Origin: a virus
DNA: 64,000 nucleotides
Virus record (IMG/VR): IMGVR_UViG_3300043446_003158
Location: 32,001 to 96,000 of that record
Direction: 5' to 3' (one strand)
The position numbers were made by a program, and so were the translations under genes. The notes beneath the pieces are model-generated. The model did no database searches and had not been told where the DNA came from. It was given only the letters and a program-made list of their open reading frames with translations. Of this stretch, positions 1 to 9,000 are shown one piece after another (within the stretch, counting starts at the first letter, position 1; each line of letters opens with the position of its first letter).

Positions 1-3000
1 CAACATAAGTTGTAGTAGGAGATGATCCATATGCTAAATTATTAATTGAATTAGTTAAAAATCCAGAAGTTTGAAGAGTCCAAGAAATAGTATCTGTAGA
101 AGTCATTAAAGTTCCACTAGCACCAGCAGCAACATAAGTATCTGTGGGAAGTGAACCATAAGTAAACGCATTAATTGCAGTTGTTCCAAATCCAGAAGTT
201 CTTAGAACCCATATAATATTATCAGTAGAAACCGTAATAATTGTTTGAGAAAGCGAATTAGTACCAGTTGCAATAGAATAAGATCCCTCTTTTTCCATTA
301 CGGAAATTGCTTGAACACTTGCCGAAGTGGTTCGTGTAACCCATGCTATAGAATCAGTAGATGCTCTTAGCAATCCTCCTGTTCCTAAATTTCTAATGCT
401 TAAATGATTAGATGTCATTATCGTGGCATTAGTACTAATAACTCCAGCCATTAACCACACATCAGCACCAGAACCATAAGTAAGACAAAGATTTGCAGTA
501 GCTGATCCAGTTGTTCTCATTATCCACACAATTCCATCTGTTGAAGTTAAACTTCTTCCAGTATTGGCAGCAATTACATACGCACCATCATAATATCTAA
601 CAGAATTAATAGTAGTTGTACCCAATCCAGAAGGTGTTGTTCTAAATGCCCAAGCAATAGCATCAGTAGAAGTCATTATAGTTGCATTATTTCCAGCAGC
701 AACATAAGTAGATGTTGGTTGATTACCATATGCCAATCCATTAATATTTGTTGCACCAAATCCAGAAGTTTGAAGAGTCCAAGAAATAGTATCTGTAGAA
801 GTCATTAAAGTTCCACTAGCACCAGCAGCAACATAAGTATCTGTGGGAAGTGAACCATAAGTAAAGGCATTAATTGCAGTTAATCCAAATCCAGAAGTTC
901 TTAGAACCCATATAATATTATTTGTAGAGACAATTAAACCTCCAGATTGTCCAAGATAATTTGTCGTATGTGCTAAAACATAAGAACCAGAATATTCAAG
1001 ATCCGTAGTATTTTGATTACTTAATGGAGTAGTTCTTATTTGCCAAGAAATACTATCTGTTGAAGCACTAATTAAAGATCCAGCACCTAAACCATATAAA
1101 ATAGGTCCAGTTGAAGATGCCAATGTTCCATTTACTCCACCAATTATATAAGTAGAATTAAATCCAGAACCACCAGAAGCAATACAATTAATTGAACTAG
1201 TTCCAAATCCAGATGTTCTCAATATCCATACAAATGAATCTGTTGAGGTTAAAATTCTTCCGCTAGAACCACCAACAACAAAAGCATCTAAGTCAAAATT
1301 AATATAAGAGGCAACGTTTGCGGTAGAAGTTCCAAACCCAGCACCAGAAGTTCTAATTGTCCAGGCAATAGCATCAGTTGAAGCCCCTATTGCTCCACCA
1401 GCAGAACCAACAACATAATATGGTTGAGATGATGGTCCTACAGTTCCATATGCTAAACTTGCTAAATTACTAGTTCCAAATCCAGAAGTTTGAAGAGTCC
1501 AAGAAATAGTATCTGTAGAAGTCATTAAAGTTCCACTAGCACCAGCAGCAACATAAGTATCTGTGGGAAGTGAACCATAAGTAAACGCATTAATTGCAGT
1601 TGTTCCAAATCCAGAAGTTCTTAGAACCCATATAATATTATCAGTAGAAACCGTAATAATTGTTTGAGAAAGCGAATTAGTACCAGTTGCAATAGAATAA
1701 GATCCCTCTTTTTCCATTACGGAAATTGCTTGAACACTTGCCGAAGTGGTTCGTGTAACCCATGCTATAGAATCAGTAGATGCTCTTAGCAATCCTCCTG
1801 TTCCTAAATTTCTAATGCTTAAATGATTAGATGTCATTATAAGATTGCCACTATTTCCACTTGCAATCCAAACATCAGCACCAGAACCATAAGCAATATC
1901 AGTAATTGCAGAAGTTCCAAAACCAGAGTTTGTTCTTAGTATCCATACAATCGTATCAGTTGAAGTTAAAGTTCTTCCGTTGCTAGCAGCAATTACATAT
2001 GTTCCAGAATAAGAATTAACAGCATTAATAGTAGTTGTTCCCAATCCCGTTGTTCTTAGTGTCCAAGCAATACCATCAGTAGAAGATGTTAAAGTTCCAC
2101 TAGGACCACCAGCAACATAAGTTGCAGAAGGAGATGAACTATATGTAAGTGATGAAATAGATGTAGTTCCAAATCCAGAAGTTTGAAGAGTCCAAGAAAT
2201 AGTATCTGTAGAAGTCATTAAAGTTCCACTAGCACCAGCAGCAACATAAGTATCTGTGGGAAGTGAACCATAAGTAAAGGCATTAATTGCACTAATTCCA
2301 AATCCAGAACTTCTGAATTGCCATATTATATTGTTAGTAGAAGCAATTAAACCTCCAGACCCACCAGTAATATCAGAAGATCCTGCTAAAACATAAGAAC
2401 CAACAGATTCTATTGCAGATATTCCTATTATTCCTGTCGGAGAAGTTCTTAAAACCCAAATAATACTATCTGTAGATGCTCCTATCACACCACCATATCC
2501 ATAAGATAAATTAATTGAGGAATTCATTATTCCTGATCCACCAACCATGAGATAATTATTATTTCCATATGTAACTGAATTAATTTGCGATGTTCCAAAT
2601 CCAGTTGTTGTCCTTATAATCCAGGTAATTCCATCGGTAGAAGTTTGATTTCTTCCTTGAGCACCTGCTATAAGATAAAAAGGACTTCTGTATAAAATAC
2701 TTGTGATGGTAGATGTTCCAAATCCAGAAGTTCTTATTGACCAAGAAATTGAATCTGTAGAAGATCTTAAAGTTCCATTTACACCAATCGCAACATATTT
2801 TTCTACTTTATCAGATCCATAAGAAATACCATTAATTGTAGATGTTCCAAATCCTGCTGTTCGCAAAGTCCAAGAAATAGTATCAGTTGAAGTTGCTAGA
2901 GAACCAATCGCACCTGCTGCAACATAATTAGTTCCATCATATAAAATAGAATTAACTCCAGTTCCTAAACCAGTATTTAATAAAGACCACGATATATTAT

Positions 3001-6000
3001 TGGTAGACATTATTAAATCTGCTCCAGTTCCACCATAATAATTACTTAAATTACCAAAAACATATGATCCAGCAGCATTTAAATAAGTTACAGACAAACT
3101 ATCATAAGTAGTTGTTCTTGTAGTCCATGAAGAAAGATCTGCAGAAGCTCGTAAAATACCTCCAGTACCCAAAGAAATACTTGAACTTGTTGCATATTGA
3201 ACAGATCCACCCGTTGAACCTATTAAAAATTCACTACCTGTAGAATTAGAAATAATTGCATTGTAAGAAGCTGTTGTGGTGGCATTTGTTCTCAAAACCC
3301 ACATAATTCCATTAGTTGAAGATGCCACATAATTAGTAGTTCCATTACTGACACACAAATAATCTCCATTACTATAATAAAGTTTAGATACATTAGTAGA
3401 TAAACCACCAGCAGCATTTCCAGCTTCCCAGGTAATTGAATCGGTTGAAGTTGCTATTTCCCCAGTATTAAGACCAATTACATAAGTTGATGATGGTAAA
3501 CTACCAAAAGTTAATGACGTAATTGTTGCGGTTTGATATCCCGTTGTTCTCAAAGTCCAAGAAATAGTATCACTTGAAACTATGAAAGATCCTCTAGTTC
3601 CTGCAGCAATATAAGGATTTGTTTGACCACTAGCATACCAAAGAGATCTAATTTGATCGCCATCAAGTCCAGTTGTTCTCAATATCCAAATAATATTATC
3701 AGTAGAAACGCAAATATTTGTACCATTTCCACTATAATCTGGAGATTGAAATACTACATAAGAACCACCAAATTCTATTGCTCCAGCATTTTGTGTATTA
3801 TAAGGAGCAGTTCTAGTAACCCATGCTATAGAATCAGTAGATGCTCTTAAAAAAGCTCCAGTTCCATTTGATTTTACTAATGATGCCGTAGCATATTCCA
3901 TTGCCCCATTATCACCACCAACAACATAACTATCAAGTAAACTATGATATGTTATAGCATTAATATTAGTAAACACCGAAGTTCTTAATTGCCAAGTAAT
4001 TGTATCAGTTGAAACAAGTAGTGCTGTTGTTAAATTTGCAAGATAAACATTATTAGAATAATTAATATCCCTAACATCAGATCCAGCAAATCCTAATGTT
4101 CTTATAAACCATGTTATTGCATCAGTAGAAGAAGCAATAGTGGAATTTGCTCCCGCAATAAGGTATCTTTGTGATTGATCACTTGCATATTGAGCAATAT
4201 AAATTGCACTAGTTCCAAATCCAGAAGTTCTCAAAGTCCAAAAAATAGAATCTGAAGATATCGCAATTCCACCGAGATCAGATGTTACCAAATAATTGCT
4301 ACCATCATAAAGAGATCCGTATACTAATTGATTTCCTAAAAGACCAGTAGTTCTTAAAGTCCATATAACGTTATCAGTAGATAATGCAAGAGCAGTATTA
4401 GATCCACGATAATCACGCAATCCACAAAAAACATAAGAACCATTTTGTTTTAAAGACCAGTTATTAATACCAACCGTAGAAAGTGGAGTTGTTCTAGTAG
4501 TCCAAGCAATACTATCAGTAGAAGCGCGAAGTAAAGCACCAGATCCTAAAAGATCTAAACTTGATCTGGTAGCAGATTGAATAGTTCCACCTTGACCACC
4601 AATAATCCAAACATCAGTCAATTCACTTGTAGTAAGTATGAGAGAACTTCCAAATCCAGTTGTTCTTAAAACCCAATTTATAGTGTCAGTTGATGTTATT
4701 GTATTTCCAAATGGAGAAGATGCACTGGAAAGAACATATAAACCATTATCATAGTATCCACTAGAATATGTACCCGATGCTATTGCTGTCGCCTGTGTCC
4801 TTATAAACCAATTAATTGAATCGGTAGAAACTCTTATACCATTCGTAATATCGTATGTTAAGAATCTTTCACCATAAAGTAACATAGTTGAAGTTGCATT
4901 ACCAGATGCTGAAGTTCTTGCTATCCAAGATAAAGAGTCATCTGAACTAAAAACTTGACCATTTGCAGATAAAGTTAAAGAATATGTATTATTTCCATAC
5001 GCAACAGAAAGAATACTAGACGACCCAAATGATCCTATACCTTGCGTTCTTAATTCCCAAGTAATGTTGTCTGTTGAAGATATTAATGCAGATTGACTAA
5101 TTTGATTAGTTACTCTACTAAACACATAAGATGGTGTTGAAGAAAATTGATCTATGGATTCAATATTATATGGAGAAGTTCTAGTAACCCATGCTATAGT
5201 ATCAGTTGATGCTCTTAAAACTCCGCCAGTTCCAAGAGAAGATAATAGTAATGGTGTTGATATTGCTATTGCAGCATTTGATCCAGTAAATAGTCCACCT
5301 ATTAAAAATATACCATTTCCTGGCGATGCTATGTTTTGCCCCGCAATACCTGTAGTTCTCAATATCCATGTAATTGCATCAGTTGAAGATGCTGATGCCG
5401 CATTAAGAAGTGCAACACCATTTGAATATACAACAGGAGTATAAGATCCAATTATATTAGCAGTTGTTCGTATAACCCAACGAATTGAATCTGTAGATGT
5501 TAAAGTAACTTGATTTCCTGAAACAATATATTTTTGTTCAAATTCTGGAGCATATGTGGCAGAATATAAAAGATATCCAGTAGATGGCGATGTTCTGTAT
5601 ACCCAACTAATAGTATCAGTTGAAGCCATTATTATTCCACTATTACCAACAGCTAAGTAAGTGGTTGATCCGTCATAAGTAAATCCTCTTACAGCAGTAT
5701 TTCCAAAACCAGAAGTTCTTAATGTCCATATAACATTATCACTAGAAGCACAAATTATTCCATTATTAAATCCAAAATAATCCTGGCATCCAACTAAACT
5801 ATAAGACCCCACAGATTGTGTAGCTAAAAAAGTTGGGTTTGCAGACCCAAAAGGAGTTGTTCTAGCAACCCAAGAAATTCCATCTGTTGAAGCTTGTAAT
5901 GTAAATCCTGTTCCTAATTGAGATAATATATCTTGTCGTGAAGCAATAACAGTTGCTCCATTTCCACCTTGCATCCAAATATTATTTCCATATGCAGTTG

Positions 6001-9000
6001 TATTAATTGTAGATGATCCAAAACCAGAAGTTCTAATTACCCAAACAATGCTATCAGTCGAAGTTAATGAAACAGAAGATCCAGAAATAACAAAAACACC
6101 ACTATTATATTCAAGTGAAGTAACAGTATTAGTTGATAATCCCGATACAGTTCTAAGAACCCAAGCAATTGCGTCTGTAGATGATCTTACTAATCCATTC
6201 ACTCCCCCAATTACATATTTGTTTGAAGATTGATCTCCAGCATAAACAACTTGAGTAATTCCAGTCGCTCCAAATCCAGAAGTTCTAAACGTCCATGCAA
6301 TTCCATCAGTAGATGATCTTAAAGTTGCAGCAGGTCCAACTGCAAGGAAATTAACCGCAGGAAGAGCACCATATGCAAGATTATTAATTGCACTGGTTCC
6401 AAATCCAGAAGTTCTAAAGGTCCAGTTAATTGTATCTGTAGAGAATGATAAATCTCCAGTAATTGATGCTGCATAGTAATTACTATTCAAGAACGCAACA
6501 GCAGTAATTGCACTTGTTCCAAATCCAATAGTTCTAATAAACCAACTAATATTATCAGTAGAAGACGCTAAAATTCCACCAGCTCCCAAATAATTAGTAA
6601 ATCCACCAAGTGTATACCCAGAACCACTTGCAATTGGTCGATAAGCAGAAGCAGAAACACCTTGTATATTTGAACATGTTGTTCTTAAAACCCAATAAAT
6701 GGAATCGGATGAAGTTGCAATTAATGCTCCTGCACCCACACCATTTAATCTACTTGTAGTTGAAGATTGAACAAAACCATTTTGAGATCCAGATACGTGC
6801 AATTCATTGGCATAAGCAAGAGTTAAAAATCCATTAGCAGTAGTGCTTGTTCTAAATATCCAACTAATTGTATCTGTTGAAGTTTTAACTGTTCCATTTG
6901 GTCCACCAATTACATAACTATTAGAAATAGAATCAAAAGAAATAGTGCTAACACTTGTAGTTCCAAATCCAGTTGTTCTTAATGTCCAGGCAATCGCATC
7001 TGTTGAAACACTTAAAGCGCCAGAAGTTCCACCAGTAACATATCCATAAGTTGAATTGCTATAAATTAAGCTTAAAAATCCTGATGGTGCTGTACCAGCA
7101 GTTCTAAATGTCCATGCAATTCCATCTGTAGAAGACCTAGTTGTTCCGTTATTACCAACGGCAACAAATTTTTCTGATGTTGCATTACTAAATGTAACAG
7201 CTCCAATTGAAGTTGATCCAAATCCAGAAGTTCTAAATGTCCATGCAATAGTATCTGTTGAAGTTTTAATTGATGCCCCACCACATATAATATAAGTATG
7301 GGTACTATTAACAAATCCATATGCTAAAGAATAAACTTGACTAGTTCCAAATCCAGCAGTTCTTAAAGACCAACGAATACCATCACTAGAAGATGAAATT
7401 TGCCCAGTAGATCCACCATAAACATATGGAAATGGTGAACCAGAAGCATATAATAAAGCAGTTATAGAAGTTGATGCTGTTGATGATGTCCTTAAAACCC
7501 AATTAATAGTATTTGTAGAAACTGAAATCGTTCCAGATGCACCACCTAAAATAAAATTACTGCCGTCGTAAGTTGAGCAGTTAACATTTTCTGTAGCTCC
7601 AAATACTGCAGTTCTTAAGTTCCATGATGTATTATTGGATAATCCAACAGCAACAAATTCATTTGTAGAAGAATAATAAGAACTGCCGAATATACCAGTA
7701 GATCCAAATCCACTTGTAGTTCTAAAAGTCCACATTGTAGAACCATAAGATGTAATCAAATATTCGGATGATAAAGAAGACCAAGCAGATCCTTGAGGAG
7801 TAAAAGATCCAAATGCAACTGCGGTTGTTCTAATAATCCATATGATTGAATCTGACGAAGAAGCAACTTGATATGGGGAAATATTTCCAGTAGCAGCAAC
7901 ATATTTGTCACTTGCAGACGGTGCAGTTGAACCATAACTTAATGTATAAACTTGAGCATTTGCTACATTAAATGGAGTTGTTCTTAAACTCCAAACTCTA
8001 CTTACTGTTGATCCTCCGATTAAAAATTCTCCACCATTTAATGAAGACCATACTAAAGTACTAATTGCACTAGTTCCAAATCCAGAAGTTCTTTGAATCC
8101 AAACTACACCATCAGTTGATCCTGCAACAGAACCTTGAGATCCAAAAGCAGCTAAGTTACTTATCGTAGATGATGTTCTAAAATTGTAAACTATAGAAGA
8201 AATCGCACTAGTTCCAAATCCAGAAGTTCTAAATGTCCAAGTTGTTGTTGGTGTAAATCCTCCAATTAAATATTCACCTTGATTAGATTCTCCACCAAAA
8301 GAAGACCAAGTAGCAGAATCAATTCTTGTTGTTCCAAAACCACAAGTTCTTAAAACCCAACGAATACCATCAGTTGATCCACCAACAAATCCATTAGTTC
8401 CAGCAGATATAAAATTACTAATAGTTGAAGATGTTTTATTATTATTTGCTAAGTCCCATATGTGAGTTGTTCCAAATCCTGCGGTTCTTAAAGTCCAAAG
8501 AGTTGAAATTGTAGTAGCAGCAGCAGCTAAAAATTCTCCATTATTAAAAGAAGAATATGTTATAGTTGCAATAGAACTTGTCCCAAAACCAGAAGTTCTT
8601 AAAGACCATGCAATTGTATCTGTAGAAGATCTTAATGATCCCCCACTATAAGCATTAACAAAAAGATTAGGTGGAGAAAGAGTAGCTTTATTAGTATATG
8701 CAATTTGATTAACTTGTTGTGTTGTAACCGCAGTTCTTAAGATCCAAGTTGTTACGTTTCCAGAAAATCCACCAATTAAATATTCACCATTAAAATATGT
8801 TAGAGATGATATGGTGGTAGAACCAAATCCAGTTGCAGCAGGAGAAACCCATGCTATTGAGTCTGTAGATCCATATATAGAAGCACCAGTAACATAAGCA
8901 AAATTAGGAATTGTTGAAGAAGATTGATTATTAAATGTTACTAAATTAATCGCTGTTGCAACTCCAGATGTTCTTGCAGTCCAAGTTGTTGATGCTGTTG

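Noticed and set aside
59-2278. Diversity-generating retroelement template/variable repeat pair
   Set aside because: The copies are identical rather than differing at adenines, and there is no reverse transcriptase in the window.
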